DNA of 64,000 nt, from positions 946-64,945 of the forward strand of contig CAJPNP010000012.1 in NCBI GenBank assembly GCA_905372025.1, in the 5' to 3' direction. The notes under the pieces are model-generated. The model saw only the letters and a list, made by a program, of their open reading frames with translations. It searched no databases and had not been told where the DNA came from. This document shows positions 39,086 through 50,573 of this stretch, piece after piece; within the stretch, counting starts at the first letter, position 1; every line of letters begins with the position of its first letter. The stretch comes from an uncultured Treponema sp. (lineage in GTDB: Bacteria > Spirochaetota > Spirochaetia > Treponematales > Treponemataceae). The position numbers and the translations under genes were made by a program.

Positions 39086-39484
39086 TTACCAGACGGTGCA
39101 AATCAATTCGCCGCCGACCATCTTTTCGGCCGCTTTTTTACCGGTTGTAACACCGGCAGACGTCGATACGATGACCGTTCCGTACCCGTTATATACACGG
39201 GGCAAATCTTTGTATCCGGCATACACGCGGCGTCCGGGTGTTGAAACCTTTTGCAAATCGTGAATAACCGGCACGTTTTCATCATCATATTTAAGGAAGA
39301 TACGGATAACATTGCTGCTATCCTGCGCAACCTTTTTAAAGTTTTTAATATAGCCTTCCGTTTTTAAAATCTTTACGATTTCCAGTTTTAATTTGGATGT
39401 GGGCACGTCAACTTTTTCGTGGCGCGCTCTTACTGCATTCCGAACTTTGGTAAGCATATCTGCGATGGGGTCTGAAACACTCAT
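39086..39484 (-). CDS. rpsH: 30S ribosomal protein S8
   Basis: [17 protein letters not shown]...STPGRRVY...[10 protein letters not shown]. Confidence 0.98.
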   Translation of the reverse strand: MSVSDPIADMLTKVRNAVRARHEKVDVPTSKLKLEIVKILKTEGYIKNFKKVAQDSSNVIRIFLKYDDENVPVIHDLQKVSTPGRRVYAGYKDLPRVYNGYGTVIVSTSAGVTTGKKAAEKMVGGELICTVW

Positions 39485-39500
39485 ACTGTACTCCTGCCTT

Positions 39501-39686
39501 CTACCAACTGGATTTTGTAACGCCCGGTAACAGGCCTTCACTGGCTAACTTGCGGAAACAAAGACGACACATCTTGTATTTCCGTAAATATCCGCGGGGG
39601 CGGCCGCATATCTTGCACCGGTGCACCAATCTGGTGCTGTACTTCGGCGTGCGGGCGGCTTTAATAATCATTGACTTTTTTGCCAT
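39501..39686 (-). CDS. rpsN: 30S ribosomal protein S14 (short Zn-binding type)
   Basis: MAKKSM...[26 protein letters not shown]...LPGVTKSSW. Confidence 0.97.
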   Translation of the reverse strand: MAKKSMIIKAARTPKYSTRLVHRCKICGRPRGYLRKYKMCRLCFRKLASEGLLPGVTKSSW

Positions 39687-39693
39687 GCTCTCC

Positions 39694-40245
39694 TCACTTC
39701 CTAAAAGGCATTCCGAACTTGGTAAGCAAAGCGCGCGCATCGCTGTCGGTGTTTGCACTTGTTACGATACTGATATTCATACCGGAAATGCGCTCGATCT
39801 TATCGAAGTCAATTTCGGGGAAAATAATTTGTTCCGTAATACCAAGAGAATAATTTCCGTGTCCGTCGAATCCGTTCGGATTGACGCCGCGGAAGTCTTT
39901 AACGCGGGGTAAAGCGACATTGATAAGGCGGTCCAAAAATTCATACATATAGGCGCCTCTCAAGGTTACCATTACACCTACTTCGTTGCCCTCACGGAGT
40001 TTAAAGTTTGCGATACTCTTTTTAGCCTTTGTTTTCACAGCTTTTTGACCGGTAATAAGAGTGATATCGGTCACTGCGGCATCAAGGAGTTTCTTATTTG
40101 TGAGAGCTTCGCCGACGCCCATGCTTACCACAACTTTTTTCAGTGCGGGAACTTGCATAACGGACGTATAACCGAGCTCTTTAAAAAGCTCGGGAGCGAT
40201 TTTGTCTTTATAGACTTTCTTAAGCCGGGGTACGTAATTGCTCAT
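39694..40245 (-). CDS. rplE: 50S ribosomal protein L5
   Basis: [23 protein letters not shown]...LPRVKDFRG...IIFPEID. Confidence 0.98.
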   Translation of the reverse strand: MSNYVPRLKKVYKDKIAPELFKELGYTSVMQVPALKKVVVSMGVGEALTNKKLLDAAVTDITLITGQKAVKTKAKKSIANFKLREGNEVGVMVTLRGAYMYEFLDRLINVALPRVKDFRGVNPNGFDGHGNYSLGITEQIIFPEIDFDKIERISGMNISIVTSANTDSDARALLTKFGMPFRK

Positions 40246-40559
40246 TACAGGGTATCTCCACATTTACGGCAAACACGAATCTTTTTATCGCCGTCGATTT
40301 TATATCCGATTTTGGTAGGACCGCATTTTTTGCACACGATCGCTACGTTTGAAATATGCAGCGGGGCTTCAACTTCGGCAATACCGCCTCTGTCCTGCTG
40401 ATTACGTTTTTTCATCGCCTTTTTTACGATATTGCAGCCGGCAACAATAACGCGGTCTTTATCGCGGATCACGCGGATAATGTTTCCGCGCTTACCCTTA
40501 TCTTTTCCGGCGATGATTTCCACTTGATCGTCTTTACGAATCTTGAATTTCTTTTCCAT
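40245..40559 (-). CDS. rplX: 50S ribosomal protein L24
   Basis: [20 protein letters not shown]...EAPLHISNV. Confidence 0.97.
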   Translation of the reverse strand: MEKKFKIRKDDQVEIIAGKDKGKRGNIIRVIRDKDRVIVAGCNIVKKAMKKRNQQDRGGIAEVEAPLHISNVAIVCKKCGPTKIGYKIDGDKKIRVCRKCGDTL

Positions 40560-40583
40560 AAATCAATAACTCCTCAAGACCCG

Positions 40584-40952
40584 TTACAGAACTTCCGGGG
40601 CCAGCGATACGATTCTCATATAATCCATGTCGCGGAGCTCGCGGGCTACCGGACCGAATACGCGTTTACCCTTGGGATTGTTCGCCGCATCGACAATAAC
40701 ACAGGCATTGTCGTCAAAACGGATATAAGTACCGTCGGAACGGCGGTATTCCTTTGCGATGCGCACGATAACGGCTTTTTCAACCGATCCCTTTTTAATG
40801 GCGGAAGTAGGAATGGCATCCTTTACCGCTACAACGATAACGTCGCCGATACTTGCATATCTGCGCTTCGAGCCGCCGATAACTTTAATACACTGAACGA
40901 CCTTTGCACCGGAGTTATCGGCTACGTTCAAATTTGTCTGCATTTGAATCAT
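40584..40952 (-). CDS. rplN: 50S ribosomal protein L14
   Basis: [17 protein letters not shown]...IRFDDNA...[10 protein letters not shown]. Confidence 0.98.
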   Translation of the reverse strand: MIQMQTNLNVADNSGAKVVQCIKVIGGSKRRYASIGDVIVVAVKDAIPTSAIKKGSVEKAVIVRIAKEYRRSDGTYIRFDDNACVIVDAANNPKGKRVFGPVARELRDMDYMRIVSLAPEVL

Positions 40953-40962
40953 ACATTACTCC

Positions 40963-41235
40963 TTATTTGGCCTGTTCAATAATTTCGGCAAGCCGCCAGC
41001 ACTTTTCGCGGCTTAAAGGCCTGCACTCGACAATGCGCACGCGGTCGCCGATGTGGGCGCTGTTGCTTTCATCGTGCGCTTTGCATTTTTTGACGCGCGT
41101 TACATACTTTTTATAAAGTCTGTGCAGCTTTTTTGTCGAAACCGACACGACGATGGTTTTATCCATTTTGTCGCTGGTTACGATTCCGACAAAAGAACGT
41201 TTCGACTTCTTTTTTTGCACTGCTTGTTCTTCCAC
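40963..41235 (-). CDS. rpsQ: 30S ribosomal protein S17
   Basis: [14 protein letters not shown]...AHDE...[14 protein letters not shown] start. Confidence 0.97.
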   Translation of the reverse strand: MEEQAVQKKKSKRSFVGIVTSDKMDKTIVVSVSTKKLHRLYKKYVTRVKKCKAHDESNSAHIGDRVRIVECRPLSREKCWRLAEIIEQAK

Positions 41236-41245
41236 GGGTCAACTC

Positions 41246-41452
41246 CTACTTATCCAAACCGGCAATTTCCTTTTGCCGGATCAACGTATTTACGAGCGCT
41301 ATTTCGCGGCGCATGGTACGCTTTTGAATCGGTTTATCCACATGGCCGACCGCCATTTGAAACCGGAAATCCATATACTTTCTTTTAAGCTCATTCCGTT
41401 TTGCAACAAGCTCGGAATAAGACAGTTCTTTGTTTTTTTTCTCTTTTGCCAT
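41246..41452 (-). CDS. rpmC: 50S ribosomal protein L29
   Basis: ELSYSEL...FRFQMAVG...RREIALVNT; synteny. Confidence 0.94.
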   Translation of the reverse strand: MAKEKKNKELSYSELVAKRNELKRKYMDFRFQMAVGHVDKPIQKRTMRREIALVNTLIRQKEIAGLDK

Positions 41453-41464
41453 TTACAATACCTC

Positions 41465-41884
41465 TTACTCCACCGCATTACGGTAAGCCACTTTCGTTTT
41501 TATCGGAAGTTTACTTCCCGCAAGCTTGATTGCCTGTTCGGCCAAGCTTATATCGACGCCGCCGATTTCAAACAATATCTGACCGGGTTTGATTACCGCC
41601 GCCCAAAATTCGGGGGCGCCCTTTCCCTTACCCATGCGGGTGTCGGCCGGTTTTTTTGAAACGGGCTTATCCGGGAATACCCGGATCCACACTTGACCGT
41701 TACGGTTTATTTTACGGTTCAACGCGACACGGGCGGCTTCTATATGTTTTGCCGAAAGCCACACGGGCTCCAGCGCAACCAAAGCAATGTTGCCGAAATC
41801 GATATGACAGCCGCGCGTAGCGTTGCCCTTTATTCTTCCGCGCTGCACTTTGCGGTGCAAAACTCTTTTAGGACTCAACGCCAT
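41465..41884 (-). CDS. rplP: 50S ribosomal protein L16
   Basis: HIEAARVA...WIRVFPDKP...TRMGKGKG...KLPIKT. Confidence 0.98.
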   Translation of the reverse strand: MALSPKRVLHRKVQRGRIKGNATRGCHIDFGNIALVALEPVWLSAKHIEAARVALNRKINRNGQVWIRVFPDKPVSKKPADTRMGKGKGAPEFWAAVIKPGQILFEIGGVDISLAEQAIKLAGSKLPIKTKVAYRNAVE

Positions 41885-41886
41885 AC

Positions 41887-42759
41887 TTAACTCCTTTCTA
41901 CCGCAGCGGAATCGGCCGCGCCTTCGGCTTTAGCGGCCGCATCTTCGGCTTTGGCGGCTGCCTGCTTTTTCACCGCATTTTCATCGGAAGCGGCTGCAGC
42001 TTGCGGGCTTTTTTTGCCCCGCACATCGTTCTTTTTACCGGAGCGTTCCGCGGACGAAAAATCTTTGCGTTCGGGCCGGTCGCGGCGCTTTTTCAAAAGC
42101 TGGCCGGCATCCTCGTTTTGTTCGCGGCCGTACATCATTCCGTTGTACACCCACACTTTTACGCCGATTTTACCGAAAGTGGTAAGCGCTTCAGCAAAGC
42201 CGTAATCGATATCGGCACGCAGAGTATGAAGAGGAACGCGTCCTTCTTTATGCTCTTCGGTGCGCGACATTTCCGAACCGCCCAAACGGCCGCTTATGCG
42301 GATTTTTACGCCCTGAGCACCGGTTTTTATTGCGCTCGAGCAGGATTGCTTTAAAGCTTTGCGGAACGAGCCGCGGTTTACCAGCTGGCGTGCAACGTTT
42401 TGCGCAACAAGTGCGGCGTTTATTTCCGCGCGTTTGATTTCTTTGATTTTAATCTGAATCTTTTTCGTCAAATGCTTTTGGATTTCCGCACCGATTTTTT
42501 CGATATTGGCACCTTTAATGCCGATAATAACTCCGGGGCGCGCCGTATGAATAACAATGGTAACACGCTGCGGATGACGCACAATTTCAATATCGGCGAT
42601 ATCGGCATTTTTGCACTCAGGCAAATCCTGAATCATTTTTCTGATTTTCAGATCTTCGAGCACCAAATCGGCATATTCGCGAGGATCCGCATACCAGCGG
42701 GACTGCCACGTTTTATTTATTCCCAAACGCAATCCGATAGGGTTTACTTTTTGTCCCAT
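41887..42759 (-). CDS. rpsC: 30S ribosomal protein S3 with C-terminal extension
   Basis: [13 protein letters not shown]...ARPGVIIG...[15 protein letters not shown]. Confidence 0.98.
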   Translation of the reverse strand: MGQKVNPIGLRLGINKTWQSRWYADPREYADLVLEDLKIRKMIQDLPECKNADIADIEIVRHPQRVTIVIHTARPGVIIGIKGANIEKIGAEIQKHLTKKIQIKIKEIKRAEINAALVAQNVARQLVNRGSFRKALKQSCSSAIKTGAQGVKIRISGRLGGSEMSRTEEHKEGRVPLHTLRADIDYGFAEALTTFGKIGVKVWVYNGMMYGREQNEDAGQLLKKRRDRPERKDFSSAERSGKKNDVRGKKSPQAAAASDENAVKKQAAAKAEDAAAKAEGAADSAAVERS

Positions 42760-42760
42760 T

Positions 42761-43117
42761 TTATTCCCCCGCCTTTTCAGCTACAACAACGGTAATATGA
42801 CACATACGCTTTAAAAGCATATCCGCACGTCCTTTGCCGCGGAACCACACTCTTTTCAAACGGGGACCTTCGTCAATCCGAATTTCCTTCACGTAGAGCA
42901 TATCTTCATCGAGTTTTTTGTTTAACGAAAGGGCATTGGATACCGCCGATTTAACGGTACCGCGGATAAGTTTTGCCCCTTTTTGAGGCATATTCTCAAG
43001 AATAGCCATCGCTTCAGAACACGTTTTCCGCTTAATAACATTCGCTACTGGACGAACCTTTGTAGGAGATGCCACAAGGAACTTTGTTACGGCTCTGTAT
43101 CCGTTTGTTTCAACCAT
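42761..43117 (-). CDS. rplV: 50S ribosomal protein L22
   Basis: SPTKVRPV...KSAVSNA...DEGPRLKR...HITVVV. Confidence 0.97.
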   Translation of the reverse strand: MVETNGYRAVTKFLVASPTKVRPVANVIKRKTCSEAMAILENMPQKGAKLIRGTVKSAVSNALSLNKKLDEDMLYVKEIRIDEGPRLKRVWFRGKGRADMLLKRMCHITVVVAEKAGE

Positions 43118-43130
43118 AGCAACCACCTAC

Positions 43131-43409
43131 CTATTTTTCGACTTTTTTATCGGAACCCGCATGTCCGCGGAAAATACGGGTCGGCGAAAATTCGCCCAGC
43201 TTATGACCGACAAGGTTTTCCGTTACATACACGGGCACCCACGACTTGCCGTTATATACGGAAATGGTGTTTCCAACCATTTCGGGAATAATAGTCGAAC
43301 AGCGGGAATACGTTTTAATCATCTTCCTGTCCGCCGCTTTATTCATTTCGATTACTTTTTTGTACAGGCTTTTTTCAATAAAAGGCCCTTTTTTAACAGA
43401 TCGTGACAC
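43131..43409 (-). CDS. rpsS: 30S ribosomal protein S19
   Basis: [10 protein letters not shown]...IKTYSR...[11 protein letters not shown]. Confidence 0.98.
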   Translation of the reverse strand: MSRSVKKGPFIEKSLYKKVIEMNKAADRKMIKTYSRCSTIIPEMVGNTISVYNGKSWVPVYVTENLVGHKLGEFSPTRIFRGHAGSDKKVEK

Positions 43410-43423
43410 GGTATTCTCCTCTG

Positions 43424-44248
43424 CTACTTCTTGCGGCGGGTAACAATAAAGTTGTTAGACACCTTCCGCTTTTTGCGGGTTTTGTATCCGCGACAAGGCT
43501 GACCCCACGGGGTAACCGGATTGCGTCCCTTTCCGGCGCCTTCACCGCCTCCGAGCGGGTGATCGACCGGGTTCATGGCCATACCGCGAACCGAAGGTCT
43601 GATTCCCAGCCACCTGCTGCGCCCGGCTTTACCGAGCTGAACGTTCATGCGGTCTTCGTTACCGACAACACCGATCGTCGCATAGCACTTTTTGTGTACG
43701 CGGCGCACTTCGCTTGAAGGCAGGCGCAAAGAAACGTAATCGCCCTCTTTTGCCGCAACAAGCGCACTCGCACCGGCGGAGCGGGCCAACTGACCGCCCT
43801 TGCCGAGCGTCAATTCGATGTTGTGAACCGTAAATCCTACCGGAATGGCTTCCAAAGGAAGCGCGTTCCCAACCGTAGGAGATGCGTTTTCACCCGAAAG
43901 TATTTTTTGCCCGACAGTCAATCCCTGAGGCGCGATAATATAGCGCTTTTCGCCGTCGGCATAAAAAATCAAAGCAATGTTGGCGCTGCGATTCGGATCG
44001 TATTCGATAGTCCGCACCGTACCCGGAATTCCGTGCTTATCGCGTTTAAAATCAATATCTCTGTATCTGCGTTTGTGACCGCCGCCCTGATGCCTTACCG
44101 CAATACGGCCGCCGGCACCGCGTCCGCCGCGGGAAGAAATACCCTTTGTCAAGCTCTTTTCGGGCTTGTCGGCGGTTAATTCATCCTTCCGCAGGTCTAC
44201 ACGTCCGCGAGTCCCTGCGGTTATCGGCTTATATAATTTAAGAGCCAT
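43424..44248 (-). CDS. rplB: 50S ribosomal protein L2
   Basis: [12 protein letters not shown]...[13 protein letters not shown]...[18 protein letters not shown]. Confidence 0.98.
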   Translation of the reverse strand: MALKLYKPITAGTRGRVDLRKDELTADKPEKSLTKGISSRGGRGAGGRIAVRHQGGGHKRRYRDIDFKRDKHGIPGTVRTIEYDPNRSANIALIFYADGEKRYIIAPQGLTVGQKILSGENASPTVGNALPLEAIPVGFTVHNIELTLGKGGQLARSAGASALVAAKEGDYVSLRLPSSEVRRVHKKCYATIGVVGNEDRMNVQLGKAGRSRWLGIRPSVRGMAMNPVDHPLGGGEGAGKGRNPVTPWGQPCRGYKTRKKRKVSNNFIVTRRKK

Positions 44249-44275
44249 TAGGATCCCCTTTTATACGGCCGAAGG

Positions 44276-44560
44276 CTACACGCCTTCGAAAACCTTGATA
44301 ACTTCGCCAGGCGCCAGCTTGACGATAGCCTTTTTCCAACTGGAAGTTCTGCCGGAGCGGTAACGCACCCGCTTCATCTTTCCAAACACATTCATCGTAG
44401 TACAGCCGGCAACTTTTACATTAAAAAGCCTGCGCACCGCTTCTTTTATTTCAAGTTTTGTTGCGCTCGAGTGCACTTTAAATACGTACTTTCCTTGTTC
44501 GCGCAACTCGGTCGCCTTTTCCGACGATACAGGCGCAATAATTATATCTTCGTAGATCAT
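44276..44560 (-). CDS. rplW: 50S ribosomal protein L23
   Basis: PVSSEKA...ATKLEIKEAV...WKKAIVKL. Confidence 0.97.
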   Translation of the reverse strand: MIYEDIIIAPVSSEKATELREQGKYVFKVHSSATKLEIKEAVRRLFNVKVAGCTTMNVFGKMKRVRYRSGRTSSWKKAIVKLAPGEVIKVFEGV

Positions 44561-45192
44561 TATTCGGCCTCCCGTTTATAAAACTCGGACAAGTTTTTCG
44601 CCGCACTTTCAAGCATTAACACTTTTTTCCCGTAAAAAAGGTCGTGCGCCCGAAGCCGGTTATACGAAAGAAAAGACAGGGTCGGAATATTGCGTCCGGC
44701 CTGCTTGATTTTCGCATCGTCGTCTTTAAGCACAAGCACCGTGCGTTCGTTGTTTGAAAAATTCTTCAAAATCGCGGCAAAATCTTTTGTTTTTCCGCTT
44801 TCAACGGTAAAATCTTCAATAAGCGTCAGAGAATCGTCCTGAGCCTTCATGCTTAAAATCGATTTCATCGCCAAACGTTTTACCTTTTTAGGCAGCGCAT
44901 AGCTGAAATCGCGGGGCTTCGGCCCGAAAATAACACCGCCGCCGCGCAAAAGCGGGGATTTTTTATCGCCGCGCCGCGCACGTCCGGTACCCTTTTGTTT
45001 ATACGGCTTCGCATTGCTGCCGTGAACTTCCGAACGGTCTTTTGTACAAGCCGTTCCGACACGCTTATTCGCCAATTCGTTTGTAACGGCGTAATAAATC
45101 ACATCTTCGTTTACCGGAAGACCGAACACCGCGTCATCCAACTGAATTGTACGCAGCTCTTTACCATCGATAGAATAGACTTTCTTTTCCAT
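44560..45192 (-). CDS. rplD: 50S ribosomal protein L4
   Basis: [14 protein letters not shown]...[13 protein letters not shown]. Confidence 0.98.
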   Translation of the reverse strand: MEKKVYSIDGKELRTIQLDDAVFGLPVNEDVIYYAVTNELANKRVGTACTKDRSEVHGSNAKPYKQKGTGRARRGDKKSPLLRGGGVIFGPKPRDFSYALPKKVKRLAMKSILSMKAQDDSLTLIEDFTVESGKTKDFAAILKNFSNNERTVLVLKDDDAKIKQAGRNIPTLSFLSYNRLRAHDLFYGKKVLMLESAAKNLSEFYKREAE

Positions 45193-45207
45193 TTGTCTTC
45201 CCCGCCG

Positions 45208-45834
45208 TTACGCTTCTTTTTTGACCGCAGGCTTAACAATCAGCATGCAATCTTTAACTCCGGGCACCGAGCCGCATACCATTACGACTCCGAGTTCCGG
45301 ATCCACTTTTACGACGCGCAAATTCTGAACGGTTACGCGTTCTCCGCCCATACGGCCGGGCATCTTTACGTTTTTAAAAGAACGGCCGGGAGACGTACAT
45401 TGACCGGTCGATCCGGCTTCACGGTGAAATTTGGAACCGTGCGAAGCCCGTCCGCCGCCGAAACCCCAGCGCTTTACAACACCCTGGGTACCCTTACCCT
45501 TGGAAACGGCGGTTATGTCCACGTAATGAACACCGTCAAAAAGTTCAACACCGACCGTATCGCCCACGGCAACTTCGCCGCCGAAATCGCGGAACTCTTT
45601 AATATTCCGCTTGGGCTTTACGTTTTCGGGAAAAAGTCCCGCATAAGGCTTCGAAACCTTCGATTCTTTTAAATCGTCAATTCCGAGCACAACGGCGTCA
45701 TAGCCGTATTTTTCTTTTGTTTTTAAGGCGACAACCGTATTAGGCTCGACGCGGATCACGGTTACCGGTGTAAGGTCGCCGTTTTCATCGAATACCTGGG
45801 TCATGCCCGTTTTTTTTGCAATCAGACCTTTCAT
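45208..45834 (-). CDS. rplC: 50S ribosomal protein L3
   Basis: KTGMTQVF...SKGKGTQGVVKRW...KMPGRMG...GSVPG. Confidence 0.98.
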   Translation of the reverse strand: MKGLIAKKTGMTQVFDENGDLTPVTVIRVEPNTVVALKTKEKYGYDAVVLGIDDLKESKVSKPYAGLFPENVKPKRNIKEFRDFGGEVAVGDTVGVELFDGVHYVDITAVSKGKGTQGVVKRWGFGGGRASHGSKFHREAGSTGQCTSPGRSFKNVKMPGRMGGERVTVQNLRVVKVDPELGVVMVCGSVPGVKDCMLIVKPAVKKEA

Positions 45835-45906
45835 TCTGATATCTCCTCAATCCGGCCGCCATCCCCTGATCCGGGGGACCGATACCGGTTTATAAACAAT
45901 ACGTCA

Positions 45907-46215
45907 TTACTGCTTTATTTCAACGTCAACACCGGCAGGCAATTCAAGTTTCATTAAAGAATCCATGACATCGGCCGACGGCTCAATAATATCTATAAGG
46001 CGTTTATGCGTGCGCATTTCAAACTGCTCGCGTGATTTTTTATTTACGTGGGGCGAGCGCAGCACCGTTACCTTTTGTATTTTCGTAGGCAAAGGAATAG
46101 GCCCTGAAACCTTAGCCCCCGCCTTTTGCACAGTCTGAACGATAGACTTTGCACTTTGATCAATCAATTCCGCATCGAAGGCGCGCAGCCTGACACGGAT
46201 TTTCTCAGTAGCCAT
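45907..46215 (-). CDS. rpsJ: 30S ribosomal protein S10
   Basis: SGPIPLPT...[24 protein letters not shown]. Confidence 0.98.
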   Translation of the reverse strand: MATEKIRVRLRAFDAELIDQSAKSIVQTVQKAGAKVSGPIPLPTKIQKVTVLRSPHVNKKSREQFEMRTHKRLIDIIEPSADVMDSLMKLELPAGVDVEIKQ

Positions 46216-46228
46216 TTTCCCTCCGAGA

Positions 46229-46267
46229 GAAACAAAGGGCGGCTTTCAACTTAAACGGAAAGCCGCC
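46229..46267 (-). terminator. Hairpin with U-rich tail between tuf and rpsJ (partial terminator or processing site)
   Basis: GGCGGCTTTC-10 nt-GAAAGCCGCC followed on the minus strand by CTTTGTTT. Confidence 0.6.
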
Positions 46268-46281
46268 GCCGTACTCAACTA

Positions 46282-47469
46282 TTAACCAAGAACCTCGGTT
46301 ACCTGGCCTGAAGCAATAGTGTGTCCGCCTTCACGAATAGCAAGCTTCAAACCCTTATCCATAGCGATCGGGTGAATCAGCTCGCCGATAATCTTCGTGT
46401 TGTCGCCGGGCTTAACCATGTCAACACCCTGCGGCAGCGTAACGGTTCCGGTAATATCGGTGGTTCTGAAATAGAACTGGGGACGATAGCCGGAGAAGAA
46501 CGGGCTGTGGCGTCCGCCTTCTTCTTTGGACAAAACGTAAATCTGCGCTTCGAATTTGGTGTGCGGATTAATCGTACCCGGCTTTGCCAAAACCTGACCG
46601 CGCTCAACGGCTTTTTTGTCGATACCGCGGAGCAAAAGACCGACGTTATCACCCGCCATACCCTGATCGAGCAGTTTGTTAAACATTTCGATACCGGTAA
46701 TAACCGTTTTTTGCGTGGGTTTAATACCGACGATTTCAACTTCTTCGTTCATATTGACTACGCCGCGTTCGATACGACCCGTAACAACGGTACCGCGTCC
46801 GGAAATCGTAAATACATCTTCAATCGGCATAAGGAAGGGAAGCTGTTCATCGCGCACGGGATCTTCAAAGTAAGAGTCCATCGTGTCCAAAAGCTCTTGA
46901 ATCGGAGCGGTATCTTCGGCGGATGCACTGTCCTGCAAAGCTTTAAATGCAGACCCCTTTATAATGGGCGTGTCGCGCGGAAAGCCGTACGATTCGAGTA
47001 CGTCGCGGACTTCCTCTTCAACCAATTCCATAAGGTCGGGATCGTCAAGAAGATCGACTTTATTCAAAAAGACGATAATTTTGGGAACACCTACCTGACG
47101 GGCAAGCAAAATGTGCTCGCGGGTTTGGGGCATAACCGAATCGGGCGCCGAAACAACCAAAACGGCTCCGTCCATCTGAGCGGCGCCGGTAATCATGTTT
47201 TTAACATAGTCGGCGTGCCCGGGACAGTCGATATGAGCATAGTGTCTTTTATCGGACTGATACTCCAAGTGACGCGTATTGATCGTAATACCGCGGGCTT
47301 TTTCTTCCGGAGCATTATCAATTTCGTCGTACTTCAGCTGTTTGTCGCCGAATTTCTTGGCGCAATACGATGTAATAGCCGCAGATAAGGTGGTTTTACC
47401 GTGGTCAACGTGACCGATAGTACCTACGTTCATGTGCGGTTTTGTTCTTTCGAACTTTTCCTTTGCCAT
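46282..47469 (-). CDS. tuf: Elongation factor Tu
   Basis: [12 protein letters not shown]...GHVDHGKTT...[21 protein letters not shown]...NKVD. Confidence 0.99.
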   Translation of the reverse strand: MAKEKFERTKPHMNVGTIGHVDHGKTTLSAAITSYCAKKFGDKQLKYDEIDNAPEEKARGITINTRHLEYQSDKRHYAHIDCPGHADYVKNMITGAAQMDGAVLVVSAPDSVMPQTREHILLARQVGVPKIIVFLNKVDLLDDPDLMELVEEEVRDVLESYGFPRDTPIIKGSAFKALQDSASAEDTAPIQELLDTMDSYFEDPVRDEQLPFLMPIEDVFTISGRGTVVTGRIERGVVNMNEEVEIVGIKPTQKTVITGIEMFNKLLDQGMAGDNVGLLLRGIDKKAVERGQVLAKPGTINPHTKFEAQIYVLSKEEGGRHSPFFSGYRPQFYFRTTDITGTVTLPQGVDMVKPGDNTKIIGELIHPIAMDKGLKLAIREGGHTIASGQVTEVLG

Positions 47470-47479
47470 TTGATCCTCC

Positions 47480-47935
47480 TTACCAGATTAAAGGCACGAA
47501 AAAAAATATTGTGCTGTATAACACATACACACACATTAAATACAGGATTTGAATACCAAGCGATAGAAAGGTGAAGGCCGAAAAACGGAATTGTTTTTTA
47601 CTGCAAAGATGATTATCAATTCAATCATCCCGGCCGGATTCCACCTATCGCCACCAAATCTGCATTTGATGACCGGTTTGGCATCCCGGAGCCCGGAGAT
47701 GCTTTAAAGCATCTCAGTCAAGCACCCTGATACTGTACCATAATAGACACCGTCAACGACGGATGTCATGCATACCGCGGGTTGTGACAGCCTGATACGG
47801 ACATTCGCCCGACCTTTACGGCTTCACCGGTTTTTTGCCTATGCAAAAAGCCGCTTGACTCTCAAAGAACCCTTTTTGCCCGCTTAACACGGACAAAGCC
47901 CGCACGCAACACCTGACAGGCTTCACGATGCGGAA
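47480..47935 (-). ncRNA. Long structured 5' leader of the tuf-S10 operon (candidate cis-regulatory RNA)
   Basis: No ORF in the track; several hairpins and long-range helices between a strong promoter and the tuf SD. Confidence 0.5.
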
Positions 47936-47940
47936 TTTCT

Positions 47941-47969
47941 TTTATACACTAAATCAAAAAATTATGCAA
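47941..47969 (-). promoter_or_regulatory. sigma70 promoter of the tuf-ribosomal operon
   Basis: Minus strand TTGCAT-17 nt-TATAAA with an AT-rich upstream element. Confidence 0.65.
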
Positions 47970-48174
47970 GCCTTTTAAAGCCGTTTTACGCTATTTTGTG
48001 CTATTTAAAGCAAAATTAAAGCAAAAACCGGGCAAAAAAACGCACATTTACCGCAAAACAGCACAAATCATTGAAGCGGGCGCCTCGCTTTCAATGCACT
48101 TTTATTTCCGGTTACATCCGTGCGGGAGTACACAAAACCGGCCGGTTGTGTTATAATCTTTCAGGGAGTGTACT

Positions 48175-48723
48175 ATGCGAAAAACGATTATTGCAATGGG
48201 CTTATTGACCGCCATTATCGGTTTAATGATGATTTTTGCACCCGAAGCCGTCGTAAAAACGGCCGTTATTATTTTGGGTGTCGCAGGAATCGTAAACGGA
48301 GCATATAATATCATCTATTTACGTAAAGCCATTGACGACAAAAACTTCAGCAGGATTATTATAATCAGAGGTATACTGGGTATTATAACGGGGCTTATCG
48401 CCGTCGTTTTGCCGCTGGCTTTAGCGGGCGCCGTTTGGACGGCAATGGTGTACATGCTTGCAATCTACCTGTTGCTGTCGGCAGCGCTGGAAGTATACGG
48501 GACTCTAAAGCTTCGTTCTGCAAACGTCAATACAAAGATGTACGTTGCCGAAATTACCGTCAGCATCGTGCTTGCCTTTGTTTTATTTATCGTTCCCGCC
48601 CAAGTAGGCTTGATACTTATCCGGATCATCGGCATCGCCGCATGCATTGCGGGAATCGGCTTGATTGTTTGGGAACGCACGAACCGCACAACGGTCATTT
48701 ACGCCGAAAAAATCGACGACTGA
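48175..48723 (+). CDS. HdeD/DUF308-family membrane protein
   Basis: Six TM helices in two repeats (G...IFAP...G; ...VLP...). Confidence 0.72.
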   Translation: MRKTIIAMGLLTAIIGLMMIFAPEAVVKTAVIILGVAGIVNGAYNIIYLRKAIDDKNFSRIIIIRGILGIITGLIAVVLPLALAGAVWTAMVYMLAIYLLLSAALEVYGTLKLRSANVNTKMYVAEITVSIVLAFVLFIVPAQVGLILIRIIGIAACIAGIGLIVWERTNRTTVIYAEKIDD

Positions 48724-48872
48724 AAAGCGAGCCAAACGCCCAACCGGCGCGCGGCGATCCCTTGCCGCGGCGCGGGCAATACGCGGTATGACCGGCTTGT
48801 TTCAAACGGCATAAATGAGTATAGTAAGGGTATAAAAAGTGTCGTCTAAAATAGCGTCGGCACTTTTCACCT

Positions 48873-48893
48873 CGAGTTTGCGTTGCAAACTCG
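48873..48893. repeat. Short palindromic intergenic element CGAGTTTGC-N3-GCAAACTCG
   Basis: Exact inverted copy at 51525..51545; variants at 24614..24638 and 50430..50456. Confidence 0.7.
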
Positions 48894-48922
48894 CTTATTT
48901 CTAGAAATTACGGGAGTTGTAT

Positions 48923-49669
48923 ATGAAATTGGTACTTATCCGCCACGGTGAAAGCGAATGGAACAAATTGAATCTTTTTACCGGCTGGACGGATGTGGAA
49001 TTATCCGAAAAGGGGCAGGAAGAAGCGAAACAAGCCGGAATCACATTGAAAAAAGAAGGCTTCGATTTCGACATTTGCTATACGTCGTTTTTAAAGCGCG
49101 CGATACACACGCTGAACTTTGCGCTCGCCTCGATGGACCGCGAATGGCTGCCCGTCATAAAAACGTGGAAGCTGAACGAACGGCACTACGGCGCGCTGCA
49201 GGGAATGAACAAAGCCGAAACCGCCGAAAAATACGGCGAAGATCAGGTAAAAATCTGGCGCCGCTCTTTCGACGTAACGCCTCCGGCTTTGACGGAAAAC
49301 GACGAGCGCAGTCCCCGCTTGCAGGAAGCGTACCGCACGGTAAAAGACAAATCGGTGCTGCCCTTGACCGAAAGCCTTGCGACGACAATCGAACGCGCCG
49401 TTCCTTATTTTGAAAGCGAAATCAAACCGCGCATGCAAAAAGGCGAGCGCGTACTCATCGTCGCACACGGTAATTCGCTTCGCGCCCTCGTAAAATATTT
49501 TGAAAACCTGACGAAAGAAGAGATTTTGGAAGTGAACATTCCGACCGGCGTTCCCCTCGTATATGAATTCGACGACAACTTCAAAGTGATCGGGAAAAAA
49601 TACCTCGGTGACGAAAAAGCGATCGCCGAAAAAATGGCGGGCGTCGCGAATCAGGGCAAAAAGCAATAA
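48923..49669 (+). CDS. gpmA: 2,3-bisphosphoglycerate-dependent phosphoglycerate mutase
   Basis: [12 protein letters not shown]...FTGWTDV...[11 protein letters not shown]...AHGNSLRAL...NIPTGVP. Confidence 0.97.
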   Translation: MKLVLIRHGESEWNKLNLFTGWTDVELSEKGQEEAKQAGITLKKEGFDFDICYTSFLKRAIHTLNFALASMDREWLPVIKTWKLNERHYGALQGMNKAETAEKYGEDQVKIWRRSFDVTPPALTENDERSPRLQEAYRTVKDKSVLPLTESLATTIERAVPYFESEIKPRMQKGERVLIVAHGNSLRALVKYFENLTKEEILEVNIPTGVPLVYEFDDNFKVIGKKYLGDEKAIAEKMAGVANQGKKQ

Positions 49670-49681
49670 TCAAAAGCATTA

Positions 49682-49722
49682 AACAAAAAAAGGACTCGAG
49701 AACGTCGGGTCCTTTTTTTGTT
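49682..49722. terminator. Bidirectional intrinsic terminator
   Basis: AACAAAAAAAGGAC...GTCCTTTTTTTGTT between convergent genes. Confidence 0.8.
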
Positions 49723-49742
49723 GCCGGGCATTCCGGCACAAC

Positions 49743-50303
49743 TCAGCCTTCTTTGGTCAAGCTGCCTTTTTTGGGACGGCTTTTTGCGTATGCAAACAAC
49801 AGCAAGGTTGCAATGACGCCGGTTGCAATCGAATTAAGCAAAGCGGCCGTTGCGCCCTGAACAAAAACCAAATTGACGGGTTCTTTGTAAACCAAAATAT
49901 CCAAAACGGGCGCGACGACAATCCACGCCACAATATTCGAGCCGATTTGAATCAAGTTGAACAGCAGTGCGTCTTTAACGGAAAACAATCCTTCATCGAC
50001 TTTCAAAAAAGGATAGGAAAAACCCATCAAAAAGCACGCTACAAAACTTGCGATAACCCAGCTCCACCATGCCGAACCGTACTGAATCGAATCCGACAGC
50101 GCATGGCCGATAAAGGCGATAAGTCCGCCGGCAACGGGGCCGAACAGCGCCGCAAAAAAGGCTCCCAACCCGTATGCCGTTTGAAACGACGTTTCGGGAA
50201 TTCCGCTGGGAATTTTTACATACATAAAAAGCACCATAAACAAAGCAGCACCCAAACCGATTGCCACGATAGTTTTGGTCGAGAACGCAAACATTTTTTT
50301 CAT
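49743..50303 (-). CDS. ECF transporter S component (UPF0397/MtsT-like)
   Basis: STKTIVAIGLGAALF...ALFGPVAGGLIAFIGHALSD...WWSWV...EPVNLVFVQG. Confidence 0.88.
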   Translation of the reverse strand: MKKMFAFSTKTIVAIGLGAALFMVLFMYVKIPSGIPETSFQTAYGLGAFFAALFGPVAGGLIAFIGHALSDSIQYGSAWWSWVIASFVACFLMGFSYPFLKVDEGLFSVKDALLFNLIQIGSNIVAWIVVAPVLDILVYKEPVNLVFVQGATAALLNSIATGVIATLLLFAYAKSRPKKGSLTKEG

Positions 50304-50573
50304 ACGACACCTCCGTTTCGCAAAACAATAATCGGGGGAAGCTCCTCCCCTATTACAGCATTCAACCAAAATACGGGCGCCCTGTCAAGGGTGTAAAAAT
50401 CATACCTCCTTGGTATGATTTTTACACGCCGAGTTTTATGCTGCGCACAAAACTCGCATATACTTACAGCTTGCGCCGGCGTCCGTGCCGGTACATACAC
50501 AGGCAAAACTCACAAAAAACCGCGGCTCCCGATAAGGCATGAAAAAAGAAACCGTTCAGATACTTCGCATCTT

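Noticed and set aside
46321..47388. Long antisense ORFs (also 12616..13581, 33592..34251, 50718..51506, 58961..59635, 61038..61799)
   Set aside because: They mirror real genes on the opposite strand and have no motifs or SD; codon-bias shadows.
50304..50390. SAM riboswitch upstream of the ECF S component
   Set aside because: Only one hairpin; I could not match SAM-I, SAM-II or SMK core motifs by eye. An Rfam scan would settle it.
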